From the NCBI GenBank assembly GCA_019057795.1, contig JAHLWS010000079.1:1-64000 (forward strand): a stretch of DNA of 64,000 nt. Reading direction: 5' to 3'. Below the pieces are notes generated by a model. It did not search any database and was not told where the DNA came from. It saw only the letters and a list, made by a program, of their open reading frames with translations. Position numbers and translations under genes: made by a program. Position 1 is the first letter of the stretch. Every line of letters begins with the position of its first letter. Shown here piece after piece: positions 49,760 through 60,588 of this stretch. The stretch is from Promethearchaeota archaeon (lineage in GTDB: Archaea; Asgardarchaeota; Lokiarchaeia; Sigyniarchaeales; SOKP01).

Positions 49760-50596
49760 ATGAGTATGGAAGGAAAGATTTGTATAATAACCGGCGCAAA
49801 CTCTGGCATTGGTAAAGCTACAGCTATTGATTTAGCAAAAATGAATGCTACAATAGTAATGATGTGTCGTAGCAAAGAGCGTGGAGAAGAAGCGCAAAAA
49901 GAGATAATTGAACTCACCGGTAATAAAAAAGTGGATTTGCTTTTATGCGATTTATCTTCTCAGGAATCCATACGCAAATTCGTTTCCGAATTCAAGAGTA
50001 AATATCAGAAATTACACATATTAATAAATAATGCTGGAATTATGCTCTCAAAGCGAGTAATATCCGTGGATGGATTTGAAATGAATTTTGTCGTGAATTA
50101 CCTTGCGTCCTTTTTATTGACGAATTTATTGCTTGATGTGTTAAAAAAGAGTGCTCCAAGTCGTATTATAAATGTAAGTTCTGCAGCGCATAGAATGGCA
50201 AAAATGGATTTTGACGATCTTCAGAGCGAAAAAAGGAAATACCGCTTATTTAAAATATATGGAACCTCAAAATTAGCATTGATGCTATTTTCTTATGAAT
50301 TAAGCAGAAGATTAGAAGGAACCAGTGTAACTGTTAATACCCTCCATCCTGGTGTTGTTAATACTAATTTAGGTCAAGATCAATCCTCATTTAGCAGGGG
50401 ATTCGCCAAGCTCTTCTTTAAAAAACCGGAAAAAGGTGCAGAAACATCCATTTATTTAGCATCGTCGCAAGAAGTAGAAGGGATAACAGGAAAATATTTC
50501 ATAAAAAAGCAACAAAAACAATCTTCTGAAGAATCTTACAACGAGGATTATGCTAAGAGGTTGTGGGAACTTAGCACAGAAATGACACGCCTCTAA
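49760..50596 (+). CDS. SDR oxidoreductase (retinol dehydrogenase/WWOX-like)
   Basis: TGANSGIG, NNAG, YGTSK, LHPGVVNT. Confidence 0.95.
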   Translation: MSMEGKICIITGANSGIGKATAIDLAKMNATIVMMCRSKERGEEAQKEIIELTGNKKVDLLLCDLSSQESIRKFVSEFKSKYQKLHILINNAGIMLSKRVISVDGFEMNFVVNYLASFLLTNLLLDVLKKSAPSRIINVSSAAHRMAKMDFDDLQSEKRKYRLFKIYGTSKLALMLFSYELSRRLEGTSVTVNTLHPGVVNTNLGQDQSSFSRGFAKLFFKKPEKGAETSIYLASSQEVEGITGKYFIKKQQKQSSEESYNEDYAKRLWELSTEMTRL

Positions 50597-50753
50597 AATG
50601 AATAATGTAGGAAAACCTATTTTATTTTTCTTTTCATTCTTTTGAAATTAACTATAAGTTAGTTTGGAACTCTTCAATAATATTAACAAAATAAAAATTT
50701 AAGAACAAATTGAGATCAAATCTTTTTTATATTGGAGTGTTTTATCTTATTTT

Positions 50754-51911
50754 ATGAGTATCCTAAACTTGTTCATTGAAATTGAGCTTAAACTTAAGCA
50801 ATACAAGTTACAGTTTGTATTTCTATTTTTATTTTGGTTTGGCGGTTTCATTTCTTTCATTATTATCGAACCCAATCATAGTTTGTATGAATACATCCTA
50901 TACTCCTTGACTGTACGCCGTCCAGTAAGTGCTGTGGATTTCACTAATTTTTACGCATTATTGTGGCCGATTTTATTAGAGGTGATTGTTTTTGGATTTA
51001 TCATGGGGGAATTAATGGAAAAATATAACCCTGTTATTACCAGTAGAATTCTTGCTAAATACAAGCGCAAACATACTGTAATCATTGGATTTAACCATAT
51101 ATCTGAGAGGATAATTGAATATTGTGTTGATAATAAAGAATCATTTTGTATCATAGAGGATAATTTAGAATTAGTCGAAGATTTAATCAGTACGGGGTAT
51201 CCAGTAGTCGTTGGTGACCCTACTGAGACATCTAACCTTGCATATGCGAGCATAAAGCGAGCTAGGGAAATTTTTATAAATTCAGATGATGTTAGAATAG
51301 TAATAATTTGCACAGAAAAGATCCGCAAGGTCAACCAAATATGCCCAATTTACGTACGCGCATTTGAAGACCACGTGCAAGAATATCTTAAACAGCCGCC
51401 TTTAAACGCAATTCCATTTTCCACTTCAAAATGGGCAATGGATGGCATCCATAAATGGACCAAAAACAAAACAGGAAAGGCAATTGTAATTGGACACGAT
51501 AGTTTAACCCATCGAATTGCACATCACATTTCTTTGAATCCAGAGAGAGAAATATTCCTTTTTGACGATATACACGATGGCATTGAGTTTGTGGTAAATC
51601 CGAACTTACATATCATAAATGAATTCGCTTGTTTTTTAAGTGATTTACTACAACATGTAAATTTAGACTATGTGACCCAGGTATTTATTTGTTGGAAAGC
51701 TGATTCAGAATTTGATGAATCGTTGTATTTAACTTCAAAACTTAATCTACGATATCCACATATTAAGATATTTGTGCGAATATTTGACGAAGAATTCATA
51801 GATTTAGTTGAAAAATATAATGCAAAAACCTTTTCAACTTCTAACAACGCGTTTAAAATGCTCCAAAAAGTAGTTGCTTCTAATTCCGCAATTGCTCATA
51901 AAAATTTTTGA
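50754..51911 (+). CDS. 2-TM potassium-channel-like protein with two RCK/TrkA-N domains
   Basis: Two TM helices, KHTVIIGF, VVVGDPT, second AIVIG; no TVGYG filter motif. Confidence 0.8.
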   Translation: MSILNLFIEIELKLKQYKLQFVFLFLFWFGGFISFIIIEPNHSLYEYILYSLTVRRPVSAVDFTNFYALLWPILLEVIVFGFIMGELMEKYNPVITSRILAKYKRKHTVIIGFNHISERIIEYCVDNKESFCIIEDNLELVEDLISTGYPVVVGDPTETSNLAYASIKRAREIFINSDDVRIVIICTEKIRKVNQICPIYVRAFEDHVQEYLKQPPLNAIPFSTSKWAMDGIHKWTKNKTGKAIVIGHDSLTHRIAHHISLNPEREIFLFDDIHDGIEFVVNPNLHIINEFACFLSDLLQHVNLDYVTQVFICWKADSEFDESLYLTSKLNLRYPHIKIFVRIFDEEFIDLVEKYNAKTFSTSNNAFKMLQKVVASNSAIAHKNF

Positions 51912-51936
51912 TAGATGTAACTAAAATAGGTATTTC

Positions 51937-53001
51937 TTAAAGTTTTGAACCACAAACCTCACAATATACAGATAAACCCTTCATTTTTTTCTTAATAAGC
52001 TCTGGGGGTAATTGTTCCTTGCAGTCAGGACAAGCTTGGGGATATTCGGCGTTTTCAAATTCGGATTTTATAGACGCGCTTTGTTTAGTAGTCGATGAGT
52101 CTATTTTTGGTTCCTCTTTGTCGATTGGGATTTGCTGTGGTTGAGCGTCGATTTTACTTAGTGTTTGAGTTAGATCTGTCGTTTTTCCCTTGCTTAACTT
52201 GAAGAGAGTCATATTTTCTTTTGAAGCTGCAACCAAAAACACATCTTCATTCGGTACAGTAGAGATGTTAGAGTTAGCAAGACAAGAAATTTTAGTATCG
52301 AGCTCATATTCTCCAATAATTTCTTTATCGGAATTAATTAGTTTTATAACCCCGCTATTATACCCCACGATCATAGTAGGTTGGTTGTAAAAATTACAAA
52401 ATGTTAGACAGGTAGGTTGATTATCTAATTGAACAAATAATTTCGAATTCCCTTTATTATCGACATTAACGATCTTCCCGGATTTTAATAGGACAAAGAT
52501 TTTCCCTACATAATCGTCAGATAGGTAACCAATGGTGCAATCTACGATTAATTCCTTGGCTTTAAACTCGAGAAAGCTTTTCCCTTCATTGTCTAATCCA
52601 ACTAATCGTTGATCTTCCAAGCCAACTAAAATCTCACTTCTATTATCCTCCCTTAAATCCCCCGTTTCCATACATATTACAGGAGACTTTAAATTTGTTG
52701 TCCAAATTGGATTTCCTTTTATATCCATTACGTATACTGTTCCATCTAACGAGCCTGATATTAATTCTATGTTTTTCTCTTTACTGACTGAAGCTATGTC
52801 GAAACAAGTTATGTTCGAAGAGAATTCAGTGAGGAATACTTGCTTACCGTATAAATCAAAAGCCTTCATTTCAGCACTAAATGAACATCCTATTACTTCC
52901 GGCTCAGAATCTCCTATTAAATTTGCTATTATGCAAGAATAGACTGCTCTTTTAAAACGGTGGCTCCATATTGGTCGTACATTAATTAATTGCGTTGACA
53001 T
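51937..53001 (-). CDS. Beta-propeller protein with C-terminal Zn ribbon
   Basis: ~41-aa repeats (ELISGSLDGTVY, GDLREDNRSEILVG), low-complexity linker, CPDC...CEVC. Confidence 0.8.
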   Translation of the reverse strand: MSTQLINVRPIWSHRFKRAVYSCIIANLIGDSEPEVIGCSFSAEMKAFDLYGKQVFLTEFSSNITCFDIASVSKEKNIELISGSLDGTVYVMDIKGNPIWTTNLKSPVICMETGDLREDNRSEILVGLEDQRLVGLDNEGKSFLEFKAKELIVDCTIGYLSDDYVGKIFVLLKSGKIVNVDNKGNSKLFVQLDNQPTCLTFCNFYNQPTMIVGYNSGVIKLINSDKEIIGEYELDTKISCLANSNISTVPNEDVFLVAASKENMTLFKLSKGKTTDLTQTLSKIDAQPQQIPIDKEEPKIDSSTTKQSASIKSEFENAEYPQACPDCKEQLPPELIKKKMKGLSVYCEVCGSKL

Positions 53002-53165
53002 TTGTTATCTCCATATAAGAAAATAAATTTTATTATTCCATAATTCTAGTAGATTTAATCACTTAAATAAATATTAGAGAGTTATATTGGAATTTTACAA
53101 CTCTAATCGAAGTAATAAAGTTGAGTAATTCAAAGGAACAATTGCTTTAATCGCAAGTACAGGCT

Positions 53166-53618
53166 CTATTCTATATCCTCTTTAACTTTTTTCACTAACT
53201 TTTTAAAAGCCTCTGTTAAGTTACCTATTTCTGTATTCTGCACATCCACCTCTTCATCAAAATCTGTGTCAATCTCTTCAAAAGAAACCGTTTTTAGATC
53301 GTGTGTGCATAACTTTAAAGCTATGTTAGTTAACTTATGGATTGGTTTTACTACCGAGTCAGCTAGTTTTAAACCTACAAAAAGAGTTATTACGATAATT
53401 TCCCATAGTGAGACAAATATTATAGCCAGCTGTATCTCTAAGTTCTCAACTATTTTCGCTTGTTCTGCAGGTGTAGCACTAATTATGCTAGTACCGATCA
53501 AATTATTAAATATTGCTGCGGTGATAGCAATACTTCCTAAGGAAATTAAGCACAAAATAATGAAACTCATAAGAATTTGTTGTCTAATTCCAAATTTGCG
53601 TTGTTTTTGTGTAGCCAA
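53166..53618 (-). CDS. 2-TM HAMP-domain protein with no output domain
   Basis: Two TM helices, VVKPIHKLT...[12 protein letters not shown]. Confidence 0.85.
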   Translation of the reverse strand: MATQKQRKFGIRQQILMSFIILCLISLGSIAITAAIFNNLIGTSIISATPAEQAKIVENLEIQLAIIFVSLWEIIVITLFVGLKLADSVVKPIHKLTNIALKLCTHDLKTVSFEEIDTDFDEEVDVQNTEIGNLTEAFKKLVKKVKEDIE

Positions 53619-53620
53619 TT

Positions 53621-55348
53621 TTATCCCTCCTCCGGCATGAAACCTTCTATTTCAGATGACGCCATTATTTCCTTAACTGTTTTAAAAGCAATTTCTATTC
53701 GCTTTTGAACGTTTTTAGCAGAATAAATGGTGATATATTTACCAAATGGGGTGGCACTAACCATTTCTGTCATTTTATTATGATGTTTTTTAAGTTCGGG
53801 ACCAATTCCTATTAAAATAAAATTCAGGGGTGGTTTGATAGTTTTAATTAAACTTGCAATCTTTTTTGGATTATATTTTCTACTTTCGTTGTCTTCTCCA
53901 TCTGTTAAAGTTACGACCCATTTCTGGCGTTCTTGAGTTTCTTGACCATGAATAACTGGTGCCTCTCTCAACATTTCTATCGCACGTGCTATTGAATCGT
54001 ATAAGCGTGTATTAAATGGTAAGGCTTTCAAATTATTAAAAATTTGGGCAATATCAGAAATACCACTTTTTTTCTCAGTCAATTTTAGATGTATTAATGT
54101 GTTCGAATGGAAACCTATAATTGCTATTCGATCTCCAATATTAATAGTTTCATCAAAAACTCCTAAAGCTCCCCTTCGAGCTGCTGACATTTTATCCCAT
54201 TCATGCATGCTCCCAGATTGATCTATTACGAATATTACATCTTTTTTACGAACGAGTACGACATTTATCTTTGAAAGCTCGTTCTCAGCTTTATGATGGA
54301 GTGTTGTATTTCCTTTACTTTCATACAATTTAACCAATGCTTCAAGAATATTTTTCATTAATGGAAAGTTTCTAAGACTTTCAGCAAATTTCAAAGAATC
54401 TTTAAAATGCTCTTCTGCTAATTCCGGATTGTTCTTTAATAAGGTAAGTCTTCCTAGTTGAAACTCATCTTCCGCTAATCCAATATTATATTCCCATTTA
54501 CTGTCTAGCTGAATCGCCTTATCGAGGTACTCTTGAGCTAGATCTAACTCATTCTTAAGCATGTGAAGTATCCCTATATTTCTGTTTCTTGAAGCTATTC
54601 CTTCCTCATCTCCCATTTCCTTATCAATCTCGAGGGCCTTGTTAAAATCATTCATTGCATTTGTCCAGTTTTCTTCTGAAAGGAAAAGAAGACCCCGATT
54701 ATTGTAGCGAGGACCTAAACCCGCCATATCATCGTGTTCTACACCAATCTCAATGGCTTTATCGTAGGATTCCTTAGCTTTAGTAAAATCGCCCCAATTT
54801 CTATATATATTTCCAAGGTTATTCAAACACATTCCTTGTCCATGGTGTTCTTTTGTCGATTTAAATAATTCTAAGGCTGAATTGTAGTTTTTGAAAGCGA
54901 GAGCCATATCTCCTTGATAATAACTTATATTCCCCAAACGCATTACTACTAATAAATTTTGAAAGGATTGGGCGAGAATACCAAGCTCGTTTCCTCTGAT
55001 CTTGCCATCAATAAGAATTTCTTGAGTTAAATCTCCTTCAGTAATATTTTCTATTGAATGGGTTAAATCGATAATAGGTAACGTAATGCTTCTGGCGATT
55101 ATAGTTACCGCGAAAAGCACTATGATAATAATTCCTGCCGCAACAAGAGAGAAAGTTATAATCATCGGCACCTTAAGTACTTCAAGTTGAGTATAACCCA
55201 AACCAACAAATTCGTCAATATTCGTAATTAACATTAACAATAATACTAATGTTAAAATTATAAACGGAATTAAAATACAAACGACCATAGTCTTCATGAT
55301 ACGTTTTTTTAACGACTTGCTTTTAACTAATCTTTGCTCAATCTCCAT
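53621..55348 (-). CDS. Membrane HAMP-TPR-von Willebrand A protein
   Basis: Two TM helices, ITLPIIDL...ELGILAQSF (HAMP), ~5 TPRs ([15 protein letters not shown]), MIDAS DQSGS / T / LTDGEDN. Confidence 0.9.
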   Translation of the reverse strand: MEIEQRLVKSKSLKKRIMKTMVVCILIPFIILTLVLLLMLITNIDEFVGLGYTQLEVLKVPMIITFSLVAAGIIIIVLFAVTIIARSITLPIIDLTHSIENITEGDLTQEILIDGKIRGNELGILAQSFQNLLVVMRLGNISYYQGDMALAFKNYNSALELFKSTKEHHGQGMCLNNLGNIYRNWGDFTKAKESYDKAIEIGVEHDDMAGLGPRYNNRGLLFLSEENWTNAMNDFNKALEIDKEMGDEEGIASRNRNIGILHMLKNELDLAQEYLDKAIQLDSKWEYNIGLAEDEFQLGRLTLLKNNPELAEEHFKDSLKFAESLRNFPLMKNILEALVKLYESKGNTTLHHKAENELSKINVVLVRKKDVIFVIDQSGSMHEWDKMSAARRGALGVFDETINIGDRIAIIGFHSNTLIHLKLTEKKSGISDIAQIFNNLKALPFNTRLYDSIARAIEMLREAPVIHGQETQERQKWVVTLTDGEDNESRKYNPKKIASLIKTIKPPLNFILIGIGPELKKHHNKMTEMVSATPFGKYITIYSAKNVQKRIEIAFKTVKEIMASSEIEGFMPEEG

Positions 55349-55383
55349 TAAAATCGTCTCTTTTTATTTGTGATATTTTAAAA

Positions 55384-56121
55384 TTATGTTCCTTTATCTA
55401 TTCCTTCATAAATTAGAAATATGGATGTAAAAATACCGGCTTTAACAATAGCTAAACCGATCAAGGGAAGACCTGAAACAGCCGCATCAATAATTCCAAA
55501 AAAAGATCCCATTGTTAGCCCTATACCCAAAAAAAATCTCCTCCATTTAACACTTTTGTCATCCAGTTTTAACCCAGTCATAATAACAATAGGTCCTAGA
55601 AATACCATCATAATAACCAACATCACTCCCAGTGTTAACATTGCTGCACCTCTAATTCCTGTTTCAGGTAAACCACCACCCTCAGATGGATTCCAGGAAG
55701 TAGAAACTGAAGGGTTGGAATAGACCAAAAAAGCAAAAATAACACCCAGTATTACAAATATACCCGTAATAGGGATTTTGTACCGACCATCTTTGTATAA
55801 ATCCGAAGAGATATACGCCCAAATAGGTATTCCTAAAGCTGGTCCCCATGCATATGCAAGAACTCCAATATTTGGGTCACCAGCTGGGTACCCTAATGGA
55901 GGAAATCCTAATATCATTAATAAAAAACTTGCTGAGACGCCAAACCACGCTTGAAAAAGTGAGATCAAACCAATTCCGCTTAATATAATATTTTTTTTAA
56001 CTTTTTTGTTTGGTGCTTTTCTTGCATGCTTGAAAATGAGGATAAACCCTAATATATAACCACTAAGAATAATTTCTAGACCAGTAATTCCATTCAATAT
56101 ATCAATATTCGGAAGAGCCAT
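55384..56121 (-). CDS. 7-TM membrane protein
   Basis: About seven hydrophobic helices; 35 bp upstream of the HAMP-TPR-vWA gene. Confidence 0.8.
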   Translation of the reverse strand: MALPNIDILNGITGLEIILSGYILGFILIFKHARKAPNKKVKKNIILSGIGLISLFQAWFGVSASFLLMILGFPPLGYPAGDPNIGVLAYAWGPALGIPIWAYISSDLYKDGRYKIPITGIFVILGVIFAFLVYSNPSVSTSWNPSEGGGLPETGIRGAAMLTLGVMLVIMMVFLGPIVIMTGLKLDDKSVKWRRFFLGIGLTMGSFFGIIDAAVSGLPLIGLAIVKAGIFTSIFLIYEGIDKGT

Positions 56122-56399
56122 TTAATTTAACGCCTTTTATGTATTAAGATTTTAAATATAATTTTAGTATTTAAATCTTCTACCATCTTTGTTAATAAAA
56201 CTATCTCTTTTACCACCAAAAATACCACTTTTTGTTAAATTTGCAGGTAAAATGATCATTCTACCTTAAATAAACCTATTAAATATGCTAGTAATTGTTA
56301 TATAGGTATTTTAATTACTAAAATCTGCAAAAAATGAAATAAGACTATTAAGTGATAGTGACTAGCTTTATTTAATTAATATTACATAGAATAGATAAG

Positions 56400-57332
56400 A
56401 TGGATAAAAATAAAATAGTCCAAGATTTTTACGAAAAATTAGAAGCTAAGGGTTATAAAGGAAAAATTGTCTCTGCCAAACACATTCCAGAGTTGCAAAG
56501 GTCTATCAAGAATTTTCACGAACAAAAGTTATTGGATCCAGAATTCTACGAAGAGTACAAGAGCTATTTCGAATTTCAACCAGAAGCGGAATTCGGCGAG
56601 ATTAAGTCTCTCTTTATTATAACTGTACCACAACCTCAATACAAAGTTATTTTTCATTGGAATAACAAAGAAGTTCCTCTGATCGTTCCCCCTACCTATT
56701 TACACGGTATGGCTATAATAAAAAGAATTAAAGCATTTCTAACGGAAATTTTAAAACCTCCGGGTTATAATGTAGAATTTGCTCGAGTTCCTCAAAAAAC
56801 TCTTGCAGTGCGTGTTGGATTAGCAGAATACGGTAGAAATAACATTACTTATGTGCCCGGTATGGGTAGTTTTCATCGACCTTCTACATTTTATTCGGAC
56901 TTCCCTATTGAGCAAGATGACTGGCAGGAACTACAAATGATGGATTTATGTAAGGAATGCTCCGCTTGCGTTCGAAATTGCCCAACTGGAGCCATCCCTA
57001 CCGATCGGTTCCTCTTACGCGTCGAACGATGTTTGACTTTTCACAATGAACATCCCGCAGACGTTCCTTTTCCGGATTGGATCGATCCATCTTGGCACAA
57101 CTGTTTAGTTGGATGCATACATTGCCAAAAAGTATGTCCTGCAAACAAAAAAGTCATAAATTGGGTAGAACCAGGACCCACATTCAACGAAGAAGAGACA
57201 AAATTGCTCTTGAGCGGAAAGAGCGTAGAACAGCTTCCTGAAGAAACTAGAAAAAAAGTTGAAAAGCACGACTTAGCTAACTATTTAAATGTTTATCCTC
57301 GGAATTTAGGTGCTATTCTTAATCGAGAATAA
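56400..57332 (+). CDS. Epoxyqueuosine reductase (QueG)-like Fe-S protein
   Basis: KTLAVRVGLAEYGRNN, CKECSACVRNCPTGAI, VERC, GCIHCQKVCPAN. Confidence 0.85.
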   Translation: MDKNKIVQDFYEKLEAKGYKGKIVSAKHIPELQRSIKNFHEQKLLDPEFYEEYKSYFEFQPEAEFGEIKSLFIITVPQPQYKVIFHWNNKEVPLIVPPTYLHGMAIIKRIKAFLTEILKPPGYNVEFARVPQKTLAVRVGLAEYGRNNITYVPGMGSFHRPSTFYSDFPIEQDDWQELQMMDLCKECSACVRNCPTGAIPTDRFLLRVERCLTFHNEHPADVPFPDWIDPSWHNCLVGCIHCQKVCPANKKVINWVEPGPTFNEEETKLLLSGKSVEQLPEETRKKVEKHDLANYLNVYPRNLGAILNRE

Positions 57333-57439
57333 TTTAGAGATATATTTTAAAACAAGAATGCCCGATAATAATTTAGATGTAAAATTTTCGAATAAAATAA
57401 GTTTAAATATTATTTTATCATTTATTCTAAAAGAAAACG

Positions 57440-57826
57440 ATGATTACACGCTCGAAAAGAATTACTAAATCGCATAAGTTTTACGTTTTAATAATAATTC
57501 TGGTAATTATTGTAAGTATTGGGAGTATACCTATAGTAATTCTCGCGTTTAGCATTTTTGAAACAATTAAAGGTAGTTCAGGGCTACCCTGTGAGGAGCT
57601 TCCTGATATCGAAACTGTTAGGCAAATTATAGAAGATCATCAGGATTCTATTGAAGAGATTGAAAATACAAGTCCTGGAAATGTGTGGGTTGAAATAAAT
57701 GAGAGATGTGATGGAAAGGGAGAACTTTTCATTTATTACGATACAATTTCTACAAAGAATAAAATAAAAGAAATAATTGGTGGAGATACTTTTTTCGGAG
57801 TACCATATAGAATGTTTAATGTTTAG
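57440..57826 (+). CDS. Membrane-anchored hypothetical protein
   Basis: One N-terminal TM helix plus a soluble domain ending TFFGVPYRMFNV. Confidence 0.75.
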   Translation: MITRSKRITKSHKFYVLIIILVIIVSIGSIPIVILAFSIFETIKGSSGLPCEELPDIETVRQIIEDHQDSIEEIENTSPGNVWVEINERCDGKGELFIYYDTISTKNKIKEIIGGDTFFGVPYRMFNV

Positions 57827-57902
57827 GCGTAGAATTTCATTATTCTTTTTGAATCTTGAAAATTATTTTCCTAAAACAAATTTTTCCTAGTATTTTAAGC
57901 GT

Positions 57903-58313
57903 TTATGAATTATTTTTAATTTTAAATATTGAAAATGTTCCTATTGCTTTAGCGACTAATTGTTCATCATTTATAATTTCTGATTCCATTGTAGCAATTT
58001 TTTTACCTTTATGGATTACTTTTGTATCGCAAATGAGAGCGCCTGATTTAACGGCTTTAAAGTAGATAATTTTAATTTCTATAGTTGCGCAAAGTTCATT
58101 TTTATCTAAATTGGAATAAAGCGCAGCCCCCATACCAGTATCTGCCATCGAATATAGCACACCACCATGGACGACCTTGTGAGGATTTAACAACTTGTCA
58201 ACAACATCTAAAGTGCATTGAGAGTATCCATTCTCGAATTTTGTAAAACTCAAGCCAAGTAAATCCCCAAATGGGTGGAATCCTTTTAAATTCATAGGAA
58301 AATTTTTCGGCAT
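57903..58313 (-). CDS. PaaI family thioesterase
   Basis: NPHKVVHGGVLYSMADTGMG. Confidence 0.95.
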   Translation of the reverse strand: MPKNFPMNLKGFHPFGDLLGLSFTKFENGYSQCTLDVVDKLLNPHKVVHGGVLYSMADTGMGAALYSNLDKNELCATIEIKIIYFKAVKSGALICDTKVIHKGKKIATMESEIINDEQLVAKAIGTFSIFKIKNNS

Positions 58314-58430
58314 ATTAAGGTTTAATAAAATAATGTTTAAGAATGTTCTGTTTAAAGCTGCTTTTTACTTTGGTTTTAACCTTCTCTCCTATTGGTAACA
58401 AACTTTCTAGATTTCAAAATATTTAAATAC

Positions 58431-58451
58431 GATATAGGATAGTACTATATC
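58431..58451. promoter_or_regulatory. Candidate MarR operator GATATAG-N7-CTATATC
   Basis: Perfect 7-bp inverted repeat just downstream of TATA-like ATTTAAATA, upstream of the operon that encodes MarR. Confidence 0.55.
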
Positions 58452-58506
58452 AAACAATATAATTAAAATTAGTATACAAGATTGAAAGTATATCTAGGTG
58501 AATGTA

Positions 58507-58845
58507 ATGGGAAAAATGTTATCGTTTTGTGGCATAAATTGTGCCGAGTGTCAAGCATATTTAGCAACCCAAAAAAACGACGAAGAAGAAATAAAAAAGA
58601 TTGCAAACGAATGGTCAAGTGATGCGATGAAGTTCACACCCGAGGAAATTTATTGCGACGGGTGCAGTAAGGAGGGACGACATTTTAGCTGGGTTCCAAA
58701 CTGCGATATTAGAATTTGTTGCATAGAGAAAAAATTAAACAATTGCGCTTACTGTGAAGATTATATTTGCGATATTCTGAAAAATAGTCTTGATAAATCT
58801 CCGAGTGCTAAACAAAATATAGAAGAAATTCGACAAAAATTATAA
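58507..58845 (+). CDS. DUF3795 Cys-rich protein
   Basis: CGINCAEC, CDGC, CDIRICC, NCAYCEDYIC. Confidence 0.9.
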   Translation: MGKMLSFCGINCAECQAYLATQKNDEEEIKKIANEWSSDAMKFTPEEIYCDGCSKEGRHFSWVPNCDIRICCIEKKLNNCAYCEDYICDILKNSLDKSPSAKQNIEEIRQKL

Positions 58846-58867
58846 CTAAAATTTAAAGGACAAAGAA

Positions 58868-59347
58868 GTGAAAGAAGTGATAAAAACAGATTTGGAAGAA
58901 GCTAAAAAATCGGGATTAAAATTAATGGAAGAATCAAAAGCTGCAATTCTAACAACAATTGATCCAGATGGTTTTCCAATAACGCGAGCAATGTTTAATC
59001 TAAGAAATAAGGAGCAATTCCCTGAATTTTCAGAATTTTTTGAAAATCAACAAAACCAATTTACAATCTACATTTCAACTAATACTTCTTCAAGTAAGGT
59101 TGCTCATCTAAGCAAAAATCCTAAGATGTGTGTATATTTCTGCGATGCAGAAGATTTTAAGGGTTTTATGTTAGGAGGTTCAGTAGAAATTGTTGATGAT
59201 ATGGAGTTAAAGAAGACTATCTGGTTAGATTGGTGGACACGATATTATCCAGAAGGAGTAGAAGATCCAGATTATACACTACTTCGATTGGAGCCAAAAA
59301 ACGCAAAGTATTATTATAAATTAAATCAGGTAAATTTTGAGTTATGA
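58868..59347 (+). CDS. Pyridoxamine 5'-phosphate oxidase-like FMN-binding protein
   Basis: LTTIDPDGFPITRAM, STNTSSSKV, DPDYTLL. Confidence 0.92.
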   Translation: MKEVIKTDLEEAKKSGLKLMEESKAAILTTIDPDGFPITRAMFNLRNKEQFPEFSEFFENQQNQFTIYISTNTSSSKVAHLSKNPKMCVYFCDAEDFKGFMLGGSVEIVDDMELKKTIWLDWWTRYYPEGVEDPDYTLLRLEPKNAKYYYKLNQVNFEL

Positions 59348-59811
59348 GTGAGAACATGAAAGATCAGCGTGAGGGTGGATTCCTCATAGCAAAAATACAC
59401 CAAATCACAAATAGAATCTTTAAACAGATGTTAAAAGAATATGGAATTAAAGAGTTAAACCCAGGACAAGGGCGGATATTATTTGCTCTTTGGCAGAATG
59501 ATAATATATCGATACGTGAACTGTCACTAAAAACTCAATTAACTAAATCTACGTTAACAACAATGCTAGATAGGCTTGAAAACGCAGGTTTTCTGAAGCG
59601 AAAGAAAGGTAAAGATAGAAGAATCGTCAAAGTCAAACTTTCTGAAAAGAGTATAAATCTTCAAAAAAAATATGTAGAAGTTTCAAAAAAAATGACTGAA
59701 GTGTTTTACGGAACGCTAACCGAAGAAGAAATAGATGAATTTGAAGATTATTTAAGAAGAATATTAGATAACCTAATAAAAGCTAAAGATTTTCGAAAGG
59801 ATTCAAAATAG
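59344..59811 (+). CDS. MarR family transcriptional regulator
   Basis: QGRILFALW, LTKSTLTTMLDRLE, DRR. Confidence 0.95.
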   Translation: MSENMKDQREGGFLIAKIHQITNRIFKQMLKEYGIKELNPGQGRILFALWQNDNISIRELSLKTQLTKSTLTTMLDRLENAGFLKRKKGKDRRIVKVKLSEKSINLQKKYVEVSKKMTEVFYGTLTEEEIDEFEDYLRRILDNLIKAKDFRKDSK

Positions 59812-60012
59812 AAGAATTATATTTTCTTTTTTTTTCTTTATTATTATTTATTTTTTATATTTAGAAGTTAAAAAAGTTATTGAACTACCATAAATTAAGA
59901 AATAATTGATAAATATTGGTCTATACTTTTTTTAAATTAATTAAGGAATTATAGACTTTAATTATCAAATAAGAATTAAAATAATATAAAAATAGAATTT
60001 GTTGAAATCAAA

Positions 60013-60588
60013 ATGAAAGCGTTAATTTTAATTGGAAGTAAAACGGACGACAATGAATCAGCGAAGATTCACGAAATAATGCTGGAAGAGCTTAAAAAGT
60101 TAAATTGGGATGCGACTTCAATAGGTCTTGAAGATAAAAATATTGCGTATTGTACTGGTTGTTTTGGATGTTGGGTTCAAACGCCCGGTGAATGCATAAT
60201 TAAAGATTATGAAGAAATCATTGTAAAGAAGATGGTTCACAGCGATCTTATCATATACCTTACTCCAATAATTTTTGGGGGGTACTCGTCAATTCTAAAG
60301 AAAGCATTAGATCGCCAAATCTCTCGGGTTTTACCTTATTTTACGAAAATTGATGGGGAAGTTCACCACAAAAAGAGGTACGAAAAGGAACAATCGTTAT
60401 TAAGTGTAGGAATTTTAGATAATCCTGATGCTGAAAAAGAGGAAGTTTTTAAAACTTTAGTTGCTCGCAATTCAATTAATATGTGGAGCCCATATCACAA
60501 AGCGATGATATACACAAGAGGTCAAGGTTCGCTAGAGTTTGTTAATAATTTTAATAAAGCATTAAGAGAGGTAGAGGCGATTTTATGA
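60013..60588 (+). CDS. Iron-sulfur flavoprotein / flavodoxin family protein
   Basis: CTGCFGCWVQTPGEC, TPIIFGGYS..LK..LDR. Confidence 0.9.
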   Translation: MKALILIGSKTDDNESAKIHEIMLEELKKLNWDATSIGLEDKNIAYCTGCFGCWVQTPGECIIKDYEEIIVKKMVHSDLIIYLTPIIFGGYSSILKKALDRQISRVLPYFTKIDGEVHHKKRYEKEQSLLSVGILDNPDAEKEEVFKTLVARNSINMWSPYHKAMIYTRGQGSLEFVNNFNKALREVEAIL

